A stretch of 64,000 nucleotides of DNA from a virus. The notes below the pieces were generated by a model, which ran no database searches, was not told the origin of the DNA, and saw only the letters and a list, made by a program, of their open reading frames with translations. The position numbers and the translations under genes were made by a program. Shown here piece by piece: positions 9,089 through 18,290 of the stretch. The stretch lies in the IMG/VR virus record IMGVR_UViG_3300035704_000396, positions 6,651 to 70,650 of that record. One strand, given 5' to 3'. The first letter of the stretch is position 1; every line of letters begins with the position of its first letter.

Positions 9089-11839
9089 TCACGCTCCCTG
9101 TCGGACCCGGTTGGCGGCCGCGGCGATCGCGGCCTGGTTGGTCAGCACCCGCCGCCGCGCGGCCCGCACCCGACCGTCAGCGGCCTGCGCGGCCTGCATC
9201 TGCCGATACAACGTCCACCCGTCCAACGCGCCCCCACCGGCCGCGGTGACGTCGCCGGCGCCGGGTTCGACGTCGGGCACCACGATCCCGGCGGCCACCA
9301 GGGCGACGATCACCCCGTCGTCGGTGATGTCCGCCTCGACGGTCGGGTCGGCCAGCATCACCTGGTCGCCGGCGGCGGCCGCCAACGCGAACACGCTGTC
9401 CGGGCCCAGGTCGAACGCCGGCGCGGTGACCGCGCACGAGGCGATCAGCTCACCTTCCCGCCAGTCCCCGGACTGCGAGTAAACGTCCAAAATGGACACC
9501 TGGAACGGGGCCACTCCGGGTCGCAACGCTCCTGCCGCCCAGATGCCGTAGGCGTCTTCGCCGACCCGCACATTCGCACCGACGAACCTGGGGTCGTCGT
9601 AGTGGGCCTGCGCGGCGGTCATGGTGACCCCACCGCGGGTGGAGGCGTGCCCGCCGGTGGCGATCGGCCCGGTCAACAGGCGTGGCCCTTCCACGGTGCG
9701 CACCGGATGCCGGTGGAAGCGCGGGTAGGAGCCGCCGTGCCGGCAGCGCGGCGGCGGGATCTTGTACACCTCGTGCAGCGCGTCCCACCGGGCGATGTGC
9801 CCGAACACGCGGCCCTCGTCGGTGACGTGCAACTTGGTCGGCCCGGACAGCTGCGGGTTGTCGAACCAGGCGGCCGCCGGCAGGTCGGGCACGTTGGCCG
9901 CGACCTGCTCGGCCCACGACAGCCGGTCCCCGGCGGCTGCGGCGACCGCGCGGGGCGTGGTGCGCGTCCGGGTGCGGCCTTTGCCGCCGCTGGTCTTGGC
10001 CCAGGGCGGGGTGCGGCGCATCTTCGTGTAGTAGGCGCCGATCTTGGCTTGCACGCCGGCCTTGTCCGAGTCGGGCATGTCGGTCTGGGACAGCCGGGCC
10101 GCGGCCGCCGACACACCGGCGGGCACCGCGACCAGTTCGCCGTCGACGACGGTGGCGAACGGCAGCGAGAAGTCGCCCTGTTTCGGGCCGTCCGGGCCGG
10201 CCGCCGACCGCTGGAAGAACGCGCGCCCGTACTTGGCCCAGTCCAGGGTGCCCGACGGTCGGGTCGCCCACTTCTTCACCTTGGCGACCGCGTCGTCGCG
10301 GCTCCACCGGGTGGCCTGGTCGGCCAGGCGCAGCCGGGTCGCGCCGGACGTGGCCGCGGTGACCTGGGTGTCGTCTGGCTCGTCGACCGGTGGGCCCTCG
10401 ACCGACTCGCCGTCGACCGGCTGGCTTTCGACGTCTGCCTGGTCGACGTCCGGGCCTTCGACGTCAGGCTGCTCACCGGTCGGCTCCGGTGCCGCGCCAG
10501 GCTGGTCGCCGGGGTCGACCTGTGCCGGGCGGCTGGCCGGGTCGGCGTCGGCCGGGTCGCCATCCGGCTGGCCGGCAGCAGTGACCGGGTCGGGTCCGTC
10601 GGCCGACTGCGCGGTCGGCGGTGCCGGCGGCTCGCCTCCCGGTTCCGGCGCCGGATCCGCCGGCGGCGCGCCGGCCGGATCAACGGCGGGCGCGGTATCC
10701 GGGTCGGTGGCCGGCGCCGACGCCGGCCCCGGTGGCGTCGGCGCCGACGTCTGTGTGCTGGCGGGGCCGGCCGCGGCCACCGTGGTGCCAGCGGTCGCAG
10801 CCTTGGACACGGTTGGTCCCATGGTCATGCTCCTCGAATGGGCGGTGGACGGTGCGCTGGACAGTGCAGTGAACGCCGCGGTGGACGCCGCACTGGACGG
10901 TGCGCTGGACGCTGCGGTGGCCGTCGCGCTGACGCCGATGCCGTCCACCCAGTCCAGGACGCACCGGCACATGATCACCTGATCGGGTGCGCCGGCCGGG
11001 TCGTGTGGATAGCGCATCGACGAGCCGCCCACGTCGAAGCTCTCGTCGGCGCCGACCACCGTGCCGTCGACGTCCATGTGGGTGGGCCGGGTGCGCCTGT
11101 CCCCCACGGCCACCCACTGCTTGTAGAGGGTGTCGCCGTAGGTGCGGACCCGGGCCATCCCGGCGGCGTAGGTGCCGGCGTTGCGGGCGGCCAGCGACTC
11201 GTTGCGGGCGATCATCACCGTGCGTCCGGCCCACCGGGCCAGGGTCAGCACGTTGGCCACCCGCTCGCGCAGCAGCGCCAACGGTTCGCGGGTGCTCACC
11301 GACAGGACCATCTGGGCGACTACCGCGTCGTAGACGTCGTCGGGCCAGGACGCGTCGTTGAGGCGGGCGGCGGCGTCGGCCAGGTGCTCGGCCAGGAAGT
11401 CGTCGGCGGACAGCTCGTCGGCCTGCTGCTGCGAGAGCGTGTCGTCCCAGCCCTCCCGCCACACGGTGCCGGTGGCCGACACCACGCCGACCACGGCGGC
11501 CTGCCACACCGAGCGGTGTGGCCAGGCGTCCAGGTTGGGTGGCAGGTCGGCGGCGGCCGCGTCGGCCACGACCTGGGCCAGCTGTGCGGCGACGTCGGTG
11601 TCCCGGTCCAGCAGCGCCGCCCGTGCGGCGTGCAGGAACCGGCGCAACGCCTGCTCGACTTTCGGCTGCAGCAGCTGCTCGGCGCGCAGGACCGCCAGGT
11701 GTCCGCGCATCGCGGCCGGTAGCCACGGCTCGCGTCCAGTCGGCAAGGCACACCACCACCGAGGGTCGTGTGCCCGGTCATGGCCACCAGCCGGCACCAA
11801 GTCTGTGCTGTCGGTGTGCAGGGTATCGCCGCAGGCCAT
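9089..11839 (-). CDS. MuF-like head morphogenesis protein fused to capsid-maturation-associated C-terminal domains
   Basis: KQWVAVGDRRTRPTH...MRYPHDP..VIMCRC (MuF); LDWAKYGRAFF..LPFA domain; WFDNPQL.GPT.L.VTDEGRVFGHIA.W domain; start could instead be 11710. Confidence 0.75.
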   Translation of the reverse strand: MACGDTLHTDSTDLVPAGGHDRAHDPRWWCALPTGREPWLPAAMRGHLAVLRAEQLLQPKVEQALRRFLHAARAALLDRDTDVAAQLAQVVADAAAADLPPNLDAWPHRSVWQAAVVGVVSATGTVWREGWDDTLSQQQADELSADDFLAEHLADAAARLNDASWPDDVYDAVVAQMVLSVSTREPLALLRERVANVLTLARWAGRTVMIARNESLAARNAGTYAAGMARVRTYGDTLYKQWVAVGDRRTRPTHMDVDGTVVGADESFDVGGSSMRYPHDPAGAPDQVIMCRCVLDWVDGIGVSATATAASSAPSSAASTAAFTALSSAPSTAHSRSMTMGPTVSKAATAGTTVAAAGPASTQTSAPTPPGPASAPATDPDTAPAVDPAGAPPADPAPEPGGEPPAPPTAQSADGPDPVTAAGQPDGDPADADPASRPAQVDPGDQPGAAPEPTGEQPDVEGPDVDQADVESQPVDGESVEGPPVDEPDDTQVTAATSGATRLRLADQATRWSRDDAVAKVKKWATRPSGTLDWAKYGRAFFQRSAAGPDGPKQGDFSLPFATVVDGELVAVPAGVSAAAARLSQTDMPDSDKAGVQAKIGAYYTKMRRTPPWAKTSGGKGRTRTRTTPRAVAAAAGDRLSWAEQVAANVPDLPAAAWFDNPQLSGPTKLHVTDEGRVFGHIARWDALHEVYKIPPPRCRHGGSYPRFHRHPVRTVEGPRLLTGPIATGGHASTRGGVTMTAAQAHYDDPRFVGANVRVGEDAYGIWAAGALRPGVAPFQVSILDVYSQSGDWREGELIASCAVTAPAFDLGPDSVFALAAAAGDQVMLADPTVEADITDDGVIVALVAAGIVVPDVEPGAGDVTAAGGGALDGWTLYRQMQAAQAADGRVRAARRRVLTNQAAIAAAANRVRQGA

Positions 11840-11854
11840 GGTCGGCGGTGCGGC

Positions 11855-12265
11855 TCAGGCGGCGGGTCGGCCCAGACAGCCCGATGCGTCGATCATCCTG
11901 GCCAGCACGCTGCGGCTGTGGTCCTTGCCCGCGCACACGGCGGTGCGCAGGTAGCATTCCAACGCTTCGCGCACGCACTGCGCGGTTTGCGCGTCGTGCG
12001 GCGCGGTCCGGTCGTAGAAGTCCAGGGCGTGGTCGAGCAGGGCGTCGATGTCCATGCCGGCCGCGGAGATCACCGTGTGCCGCTGGAAGCGGTCGACCGA
12101 GCGCAGCGGCCCGGCGTGGTGGCGGGCGGCGCGGCCCACCTTGTGCATCAGCCTGCCGCCGACGATCTCCAGGGCGTGCAGCGCGGCCAGTTCGGCGTAG
12201 GACACGACCCATTCGCGGTAGTCGTCGCCGGCGCGGTCGGGGGTGTGGTGGTGGGACGTGGTCAT
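11855..12265 (-). CDS. stand-alone protein resembling the C-terminal helical domain of actinophage portals
   Basis: AELAALHALEIVGGRL...HTVI...DALLDHA...ALECYLR..G.DH pattern; occupies the portal position; GGAG RBS. Confidence 0.5.
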   Translation of the reverse strand: MTTSHHHTPDRAGDDYREWVVSYAELAALHALEIVGGRLMHKVGRAARHHAGPLRSVDRFQRHTVISAAGMDIDALLDHALDFYDRTAPHDAQTAQCVREALECYLRTAVCAGKDHSRSVLARMIDASGCLGRPAA

Positions 12266-12281
12266 CGGGGTTGTTCTCCGG

Positions 12282-12662
12282 TCAGTCTGGGTCGGCGGCG
12301 GGGTTTTCGTGTTCGGCCAGCCAGCCCAGCACGTAGGCGGCGGCCAGGATCAGGACGGGGATGCGGTACCAGGGCGAACACCCGAACACGCGTCCTAACA
12401 AGACGACCACCGCGCACCACCAGAACCCGACGCACCAGTCGCAGGTCAGCAGCGAATGCAGCCACTGCCGGATGCCGGCGGCCCAGCGCCGGGTCGGCGG
12501 CGGCACGTTCGCCTTCGCGGCCAGGGCTCGCCGTTGCGGCCGGCTGTAGAGCACCCAGGTCAGCACCACCCGCCGGGCCGGTGCGGTGATCGTGTCGGTG
12601 ATGGTCAGCCGGGTCAGTCTCGCGGCCGCGAGGGCAACCACCACCAGTAGAAACAGTTTCAT
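12282..12662 (-). CDS. DUF1360-like membrane protein, first gene of the virion operon
   Basis: ARLTRLTITDTIT and LLTCDWCVGFW motifs; TAGGGT -10-like box 8 nt before the ATG (possibly leaderless). Confidence 0.75.
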   Translation of the reverse strand: MKLFLLVVVALAAARLTRLTITDTITAPARRVVLTWVLYSRPQRRALAAKANVPPPTRRWAAGIRQWLHSLLTCDWCVGFWWCAVVVLLGRVFGCSPWYRIPVLILAAAYVLGWLAEHENPAADPD

Positions 12663-12796
12663 GGGCCGCGACCCTACGTGCCCGATCGTGTACTCGCTGG
12701 TGGTGTGTGTCGCGGCCCGCCAAGACCACTCACCGTGGTGAATTATGTAACGCGCGGTACGCGAATCAGTACGCAGGCGACACGCCAGGGCTCGTT

Positions 12797-13591
12797 CTAG
12801 CCGGCTTGAGTGTCCAACTGGTCATATTCGCGGCGTAGCCGCTCGCCCAGCGTGCACCCGTCCCGCACCACCGGATCAGGTGACGCCGTAGCGCCGAGCA
12901 GGAACACCGCATACCCGATCGCGGCCGCGAACCCCCGCGTCGGCACCGCCCCCATCCCCTCACCCACCGCGTCGATCGCCTCCACCAGGCCAGCCTGCCG
13001 CGACGGCGCCACCAACCCGACCAGCTGGTCGCGGTGATCCACCAACATGTCCGCCACCACCAGCAGCTCGGTCCGCCGCGCCACCAGCCACTGCCCGACC
13101 GCCCCGGCCGCCGGCGCCGGCACCGGCCGGCCCCGCTCCCGCAGCACCACCCGCCGGTTGTGGATAGCCTGGCTGGTCGGAAACCCCAACGGCCCGCCGT
13201 AGCTGGCCGGCCGCGCCCCGGCCGCCACCCCCATGTCCAACACCCATAGCGACCGGGCCTCGTACCGGGCCTGCGCCTGCTGCCGCGCCCACTCCACCAA
13301 CACCGCCACATGCGGCAGTTCCGCCTGGCGCACCGCAGGCTCCACCGACACCGCCGGATCCGCCACGTAGGACAGCACCGCGTCCACGTCGTCGCCGTCG
13401 ACCACGTGCGCCGGCCACCACACCGACAGCCGCGGATCCCCCGCCTCGGCCCGCACCGCCCGGATCCCGGCCACCGCCGCCACCACGTCATCCCACCCGT
13501 AGACGCAGGTCAGCTCGGCGCGGCGCCGCCGCACCCGGCCCGTCCCGGGCCTGCCGCCGCCGGCCCGCCGACCTGTCGACCGTGCCGCCAC
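12797..13591 (-). CDS. hypothetical protein
   Basis: AGGAGG about 10 nt before GTG 13591; protein-like composition. Confidence 0.55.
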   Translation of the reverse strand: MAARSTGRRAGGGRPGTGRVRRRRAELTCVYGWDDVVAAVAGIRAVRAEAGDPRLSVWWPAHVVDGDDVDAVLSYVADPAVSVEPAVRQAELPHVAVLVEWARQQAQARYEARSLWVLDMGVAAGARPASYGGPLGFPTSQAIHNRRVVLRERGRPVPAPAAGAVGQWLVARRTELLVVADMLVDHRDQLVGLVAPSRQAGLVEAIDAVGEGMGAVPTRGFAAAIGYAVFLLGATASPDPVVRDGCTLGERLRREYDQLDTQAG

Positions 13592-13736
13592 CGCACACCA
13601 CCCTCCTGCCGTACATAGCCTATGTACGGCAGGGCTGGGACCGGGCCGACATGCCGGTGAAGGCTCGACTTCGGTCGTCACTGAACGCACAGTGCTAGTC
13701 ACCCGACCGCCGGGCGTGGCCAGCAGCCCCCCCCGA

Positions 13737-14714
13737 CTATGCCTCGACCAGCAGTTTCCTGACCTCGGCGAGCACGGCCGGCGGCAATCCGGCGCGCAGC
13801 GCGTCCACCACCTGCTCCGGGCCGCTGTGCCGGCGGATGGTGACCGGCTTGACCGTGTGCAGCTCGTCATCGGGCACGTCGACGTCCCGGTCCGCGTCCA
13901 GGCGACCGGGCGTGTAGGGCGTGCCCAACTCCAGCAACCGCCGCTGCTGGTCGTGGTCCAGCCTGGCCACCGGCAGCGCCTTCTCCACCGTCAACGTCTG
14001 GTCGCTGACCATGCCGCGGAACTCGTCGATCAGCTCCAGCAGCTGCAGCCGCTGGTTGACCTGGGTGTGGGACATGCCCAGCCGCCGGGCCAGCTCCCGC
14101 CTGGACAGGCTGCCGTCCTGCAGAATCGCCGCCATCTCGGCGCCCTCGCGGACCGCGTCAAACGGCTTGCGCTGGTAGTTCTCGATGATCGGCGCTTCCC
14201 GGGAGGCACGCCGCCCGGCCAGCTTGTCGTTGCGGTGGATCGGCAACCCGGCCAGGTCGGCGAAGACGGCGCCCGCCAGTCGCCGGTTGCCCATGACGAC
14301 CACCCACTGCACGCCCTCGTCGAACGAGTCGGCGTGCTCGGGGTGATGCTCCAGCCAGGCCGTCACCGACGTGACGGTCACCGGCTGCAGCACGCCGTAG
14401 GTGGTCACCGATTCGACGAACGCCGCCAGCTCAGGGTCTTGCGCCGGGTCGTATTCGCCGGCCCACCGCGGGTTGTCCGGCCGGTGCGCCAGGTGCTCCA
14501 ACAGGGCCCACGTGGCGTGCTCGGCCAGCCGGTCGGCCGCCTGCGGGGCTACCGGCTGTTCCGCTGGCCGGGCCGGCGCGCTGAGGACCCTCTGGATGAT
14601 GGCGTCGCCGTCGCTGTGCTGGCTGGACGGCAGTGGCGGCAGCACCGCGGTCTGCGCAGGCGCCTTCTGGTCGGGACGTGGTCGGCTCCCGGTTGGACGT
14701 TTCGGCGGCGGCAT
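13737..14714 (-). CDS. parB: ParB/Spo0J partition protein
   Basis: GVLQPVTV, VVMGNRRL (GxRR), IENYQRK and HTH LSRRELARRLGMSHTQVNQRL; coupled to parA (TGATG). Confidence 0.92.
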   Translation of the reverse strand: MPPPKRPTGSRPRPDQKAPAQTAVLPPLPSSQHSDGDAIIQRVLSAPARPAEQPVAPQAADRLAEHATWALLEHLAHRPDNPRWAGEYDPAQDPELAAFVESVTTYGVLQPVTVTSVTAWLEHHPEHADSFDEGVQWVVVMGNRRLAGAVFADLAGLPIHRNDKLAGRRASREAPIIENYQRKPFDAVREGAEMAAILQDGSLSRRELARRLGMSHTQVNQRLQLLELIDEFRGMVSDQTLTVEKALPVARLDHDQQRRLLELGTPYTPGRLDADRDVDVPDDELHTVKPVTIRRHSGPEQVVDALRAGLPPAVLAEVRKLLVEA

Positions 14715-15478
14715 CAGACGGCCGCCTCTGCGCCGGACACACCGGTGGACACAGCGCCGTTGTGCGCGGCCGGTGCCGCGTTGAACCCGGCGTTGGCCAG
14801 GATCTCCTCGGCCAGCTGCTGGTATTCGCCGACGTCCTCGGGGATGGTGCACACGAACTCGTCGTAGGCGACCGCGCGGGTGATCTCGGTGTCCAGCACG
14901 TCCAGGCCCAGCGCATAGGGAACGTCCGGGTCGTAGTTGCCTTCCGGGTCACGCAGATCGGTCGACAGCTCGGTCCGCGCCTTCTTGGCCTTGCCCAACC
15001 CGGGCTGCGGGCATCGGGTGAGCAGCACCGAGATCCGCAGCGTGCTGCCCGACGAGATCACCGCCTGGGCGTGCCGCACGGTCTCGACGATCCGCCGCAG
15101 CTCACCCCGCATCGGTCCGACCGGGCTGATCAGCCAGTCCGCGTACATGCAGCCGTGCAGGAAGGCTTCCGGCTGCTCCCCGCCGGTGTCGATGATGACC
15201 ACCTGTGCCCCGGTCTGGGTTTCGGCCCGGCTCGCGAAGTCGTACAGCGGCCCGTCGTGGTCGTGCCAAATGGCCAGCTGGAACGGCACCGTGTAACCGA
15301 CCCGTTGCGCCTCCTGTACCCAGTCGGTGGCCCCTCGGGTGCGGGTGTCAGCGCAGATCACCAGCACCGTGATGTCGCGGCGGGCCAGCGCGATCGCCAG
15401 CAGGATCGCTGACGTCGTCTTACCGGGACCGCCTTTCAGTGTCGCCACCAGCAGGCGCAGGACCCTCGTGTCCGTCAT
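14714..15478 (-). CDS. parA: ParA partition ATPase
   Basis: Deviant Walker A KGGPGKTT, VIIDTG Walker B; GGAGG RBS. Confidence 0.92.
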   Translation of the reverse strand: MTDTRVLRLLVATLKGGPGKTTSAILLAIALARRDITVLVICADTRTRGATDWVQEAQRVGYTVPFQLAIWHDHDGPLYDFASRAETQTGAQVVIIDTGGEQPEAFLHGCMYADWLISPVGPMRGELRRIVETVRHAQAVISSGSTLRISVLLTRCPQPGLGKAKKARTELSTDLRDPEGNYDPDVPYALGLDVLDTEITRAVAYDEFVCTIPEDVGEYQQLAEEILANAGFNAAPAAHNGAVSTGVSGAEAAV

Positions 15479-15555
15479 GGCCGTTCCTCCGACTTCCCTC
15501 ACACGCCGACGTCCCCCGGTCAGGGTCCCTGGCCCTCCTGCCCGGCGGCACCCGT

Positions 15556-15665
15556 CCGCTGGAAAGAGCCTTTCCAGCGGGGCGCCGGGACGACGCGGGT
15601 GGAAAGACTCTTTCCAGCGCCATGCCGGCGCGGTCGGGCGCACGCTGGAAAGACCCTTTCCAGCG
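15556..15665. repeat. three palindromes TGGAAAG-N3-CTTTCCA (candidate parS/operator)
   Basis: Copies at 15556-15580, 15600-15616 and 15643-15665, upstream of parA. Confidence 0.75.
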
Positions 15666-15954
15666 GCTACCGGCACACCTTGGTCGGAGCGTCACGATAG
15701 CCGATCGGCCCAGTTGCGACTGTGCAACGCGGGTGCGTCGACGGCACGATTCGGCTACATCGAGCCCCGCGGCGTCGCCGCCGACCGGTTGAACGCATGC
15801 AGGTCGCCAAACGATCAACCCATCGGGTACCCTTGGCGACGCCACCGTTCCGTGCCTTCTGGGCGCGAACATTTTCTCGCTTTGGTGGTGGGAAAACAGG
15901 CAACCGGGCCCCCGACCTCTGGTCGGGGGCCCGGCTTGATGTCCAGCCGACGGT

Positions 15955-16800
15955 TCAGCTGTTGCGGCGCATCGCCTTGCCGATCTGGGTCACCAGCTTG
16001 ATGGCCTTGGCGCCGGTCACGGCGTTGCGCTGGTACAGCTTGAACAACTCCCGATACTGGTCCACCTTGGCCGGCTCGTTCACCCGGACCTCACCGGTGA
16101 GCAGTTCGACCAGCACCTCCGACTCGTCGGACTCGGGCATGTCGTACAGGGTGAACTCGTGCCGCCACACCTCCCGCATGGCGGTGTTGGTGGGCAGGAC
16201 GCCCAGGTTCACAGCAGGCAGTCTGGCCAGCGCGGCAAGCCGGTCCAGCTGTTCGGCCATCAGATCCGGGCTGCCGAACGGCTGTTCGAGCACCGACTGT
16301 GTGATGACCACGTCCAGGTGCCGGCCGGTGAGGGTCAGCATCTCTTGTCGGCGCAGCCTGCCGGTGACGGCGTCCGGGATCTGGCTGGCGGCGACGCCCA
16401 ACACCTGGCCCATGAGGTGTTGGACGTAGCGGGAGGTTTGCAGCGGGCCGGGGATCAGGCTGTTCTGGTAGAGCGCCACCGAGGTCGCCTCGGCTTCCAG
16501 ATCCTCGTAGCGGCGTTGGTGGCGATCCCAGCCGACCTGCTGCAGTTCGGTCCACTCGGTGATGTCCGTGCCGGCCTGTTCGGCGAGGTACAGGATCCGT
16601 TCCCGCTTGTCGGCCGGCGGCCGCAGTACGTCGAGCCAGGCGCGGACCTCGTCGAGGTCGGGGGTGCGCCTTCCGGCCTCGGTCCTGCTCACCCGTGCCT
16701 GGTTGGTGCTCAACCGGCGCGCGAGTTCGTCCTGGAGCAGGCCGGCGTCCAGCCGTGCCTGTTTCAGGCTCTGGGCGAGCAGATCACGAGGCGTTCGCAC
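15955..16800 (-). CDS. XRE-family HTH regulator with DUF5753-type C-terminal domain
   Basis: LKQARLDAGLLQDELARRL..VSRTEAG HTH; IPGPLQT..Y, RLRRQ and EQLDRL motifs; AGGAG RBS. Confidence 0.9.
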   Translation of the reverse strand: MRTPRDLLAQSLKQARLDAGLLQDELARRLSTNQARVSRTEAGRRTPDLDEVRAWLDVLRPPADKRERILYLAEQAGTDITEWTELQQVGWDRHQRRYEDLEAEATSVALYQNSLIPGPLQTSRYVQHLMGQVLGVAASQIPDAVTGRLRRQEMLTLTGRHLDVVITQSVLEQPFGSPDLMAEQLDRLAALARLPAVNLGVLPTNTAMREVWRHEFTLYDMPESDESEVLVELLTGEVRVNEPAKVDQYRELFKLYQRNAVTGAKAIKLVTQIGKAMRRNS

Positions 16801-16808
16801 TGGTTCTC

Positions 16809-17354
16809 CTATCCGATGGGCATCCGGGCCGGCATCTTCACCGGCCGTCGGGGTGCGGGAATGTTGTCGTCGATGTGGAAGTCGGCCAGCGGCACGGCAG
16901 ACGCGACGATGGCGTCGCGGAGCTGCTGGTAGGGCGTCGGGTCGTCGACCAGGTCGGCGCCCAGGAACGCGCCGGCGGCGTCGTAGTTCATCAGCCATAC
17001 CTCGCGGCCGTCGAACATCCAGAAGTCCGGGGCGTCTGCCCAGCTGGCGTCCAGCAGGCGGCGGTCGACCAGGCGGACGTCTTCGCCGGCGGCGGTGTTG
17101 CCGGCGTAGGCCGCCAGTTCGAAGCGGGTGTAGCCGGTCACCGGGAAGCCGACCAGCCGCACCCGGCCCATGGACGCGCCGCGGGCGGTGGCGGCGCGGA
17201 TGGTGTCGCCCCATTCCGTGGACGGCGTGACCAGCCCGGTGCGCAGGTATTCGTCGATGTGGGCCGCTTCGCCGGGCACGTCGAACACGTCGCGCGCTTC
17301 CAGCCGCCACGCGGAGTGCTCGAAGGTGGCGAACCGCTCGCCCAGCCCGTTCAT
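16809..17354 (-). CDS. DUF6879-type protein
   Basis: FEHSAWRLEARD, RVRLV..P...Y.RFE, GEDVR and DFWMFD motifs. Confidence 0.85.
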   Translation of the reverse strand: MNGLGERFATFEHSAWRLEARDVFDVPGEAAHIDEYLRTGLVTPSTEWGDTIRAATARGASMGRVRLVGFPVTGYTRFELAAYAGNTAAGEDVRLVDRRLLDASWADAPDFWMFDGREVWLMNYDAAGAFLGADLVDDPTPYQQLRDAIVASAVPLADFHIDDNIPAPRRPVKMPARMPIG

Positions 17355-17593
17355 ACCGGCGCCACCGTCAGCGTGGCCAGGTAGTCGGCGACCAGCTGGT
17401 CGAAGACGTTCGGGGGGATGCGCACCAGGGTCTCGCCGGCGGGGACGGTGTAGCCGGGCGGCAGTTCGACGGCCGCCGGGTCGACGACGTAACCCTGCAC
17501 GAGGACGTCGCCGCCGCTGGCCAGCACGGTCGGGCAGTTGCCGCCGCTGCAGCTGGCGCTGTGGGCGAGGACTCGCGCGGTGGGGGGGTTCAT
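17351..17593 (-). CDS. small protein of XRE/DUF6879 modules
   Basis: CSGGNCPTV, VLVQGY and GETLVRIP motifs; GAAGGAG RBS. Confidence 0.8.
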   Translation of the reverse strand: MNPPTARVLAHSASCSGGNCPTVLASGGDVLVQGYVVDPAAVELPPGYTVPAGETLVRIPPNVFDQLVADYLATLTVAPV

Positions 17594-17615
17594 CAGCGTG
17601 TCTCCTTCCAGTCCT

Positions 17616-17740
17616 GCATATACCGCATATGCGCTGATGCTAGCCGTGCGGCTGCCCGGCCAGACCCCCCGCGAACTGTTGTCGCAGGTCAACGAGCCTT
17701 CGTCAGGACCAGTGTTGCATATTCACGTATATTCACGCTA
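17616..17740. promoter_or_regulatory. divergent promoter region with GCATAT and ATATTCACG direct repeats
   Basis: AT-richer intergenic DNA between divergent operons: gcatataccgcatatg and gcatattcacgtatattcacg. Confidence 0.45.
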
Positions 17741-17834
17741 CCGTCTCGTGCACGGGCGTGCACGAGACGTCACCACGGATCGGGCCCGCCCCACCCACCA
17801 CCAAGCAGGAATCCGCCGAGGCACAGGAGGATCG

Positions 17835-18290
17835 ATGGGCCGCACACGCAGCCGCAACCGCCGCCGTCGCCAAGTCCTGGCACAGCAGGTGTTCCACCTG
17901 GAACTGCTGCTGGCGACCGAGCCGGACCAGCCGAGCCGGCGCCAGCCGGGCAGGCGCCGGTTGCGGCTGCAACTGCGCCGGGCCCGCAACGAGTACGCCG
18001 GCCTGGTGATCGGCACCACCGTGTCCCCGAACCTGCGCCGGTCGCCGCCCGCGGTGGACGTCCACCAACAGCGGTGGCAGCGGCCGACCGCTGTCCCACC
18101 AGGCCGCTGCCAGGGTCGCTGCTGCCGGGTTCCCCTCGACGCCGTCGACCAGTACCTGCTGCTGGTGCCAGCGCCGCGCGCCCGGCCTGCCATCGCCGCG
18201 GACCTGGGCGCCCTGTCCCCGAACCTGCGCCGGCCGGTGCCCACGGCTCCCGGCCCGGCCGGCGCCACGTGCCTGGGCGGTGCCCGGTGA
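17835..18290 (+). CDS. hypothetical basic protein
   Basis: AGGAGG RBS; internal SPNLRR repeat; coupled to the next gene. Confidence 0.6.
   Translation: MGRTRSRNRRRRQVLAQQVFHLELLLATEPDQPSRRQPGRRRLRLQLRRARNEYAGLVIGTTVSPNLRRSPPAVDVHQQRWQRPTAVPPGRCQGRCCRVPLDAVDQYLLLVPAPRARPAIAADLGALSPNLRRPVPTAPGPAGATCLGGAR

Noticed and set aside
47-12589. Long plus-strand ORFs (e.g. 1352-3241, 7199-8854, 9008-11722) opposite the virion genes
   Set aside because: Antisense shadows typical of high-GC DNA; Arg/Gly/Pro-rich with no motifs
15556-15665. Possible mini-CRISPR (palindromic repeats with spacers)
   Set aside because: Only three short repeats with variable centres, short spacers and no cas genes
15420-15872. 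150-aa minus-strand ORF preceded by a CCCACCACCA copy
   Set aside because: Runs through the palindromes and into parA with non-protein-like composition; not called, although the motif leaves a leader peptide possible
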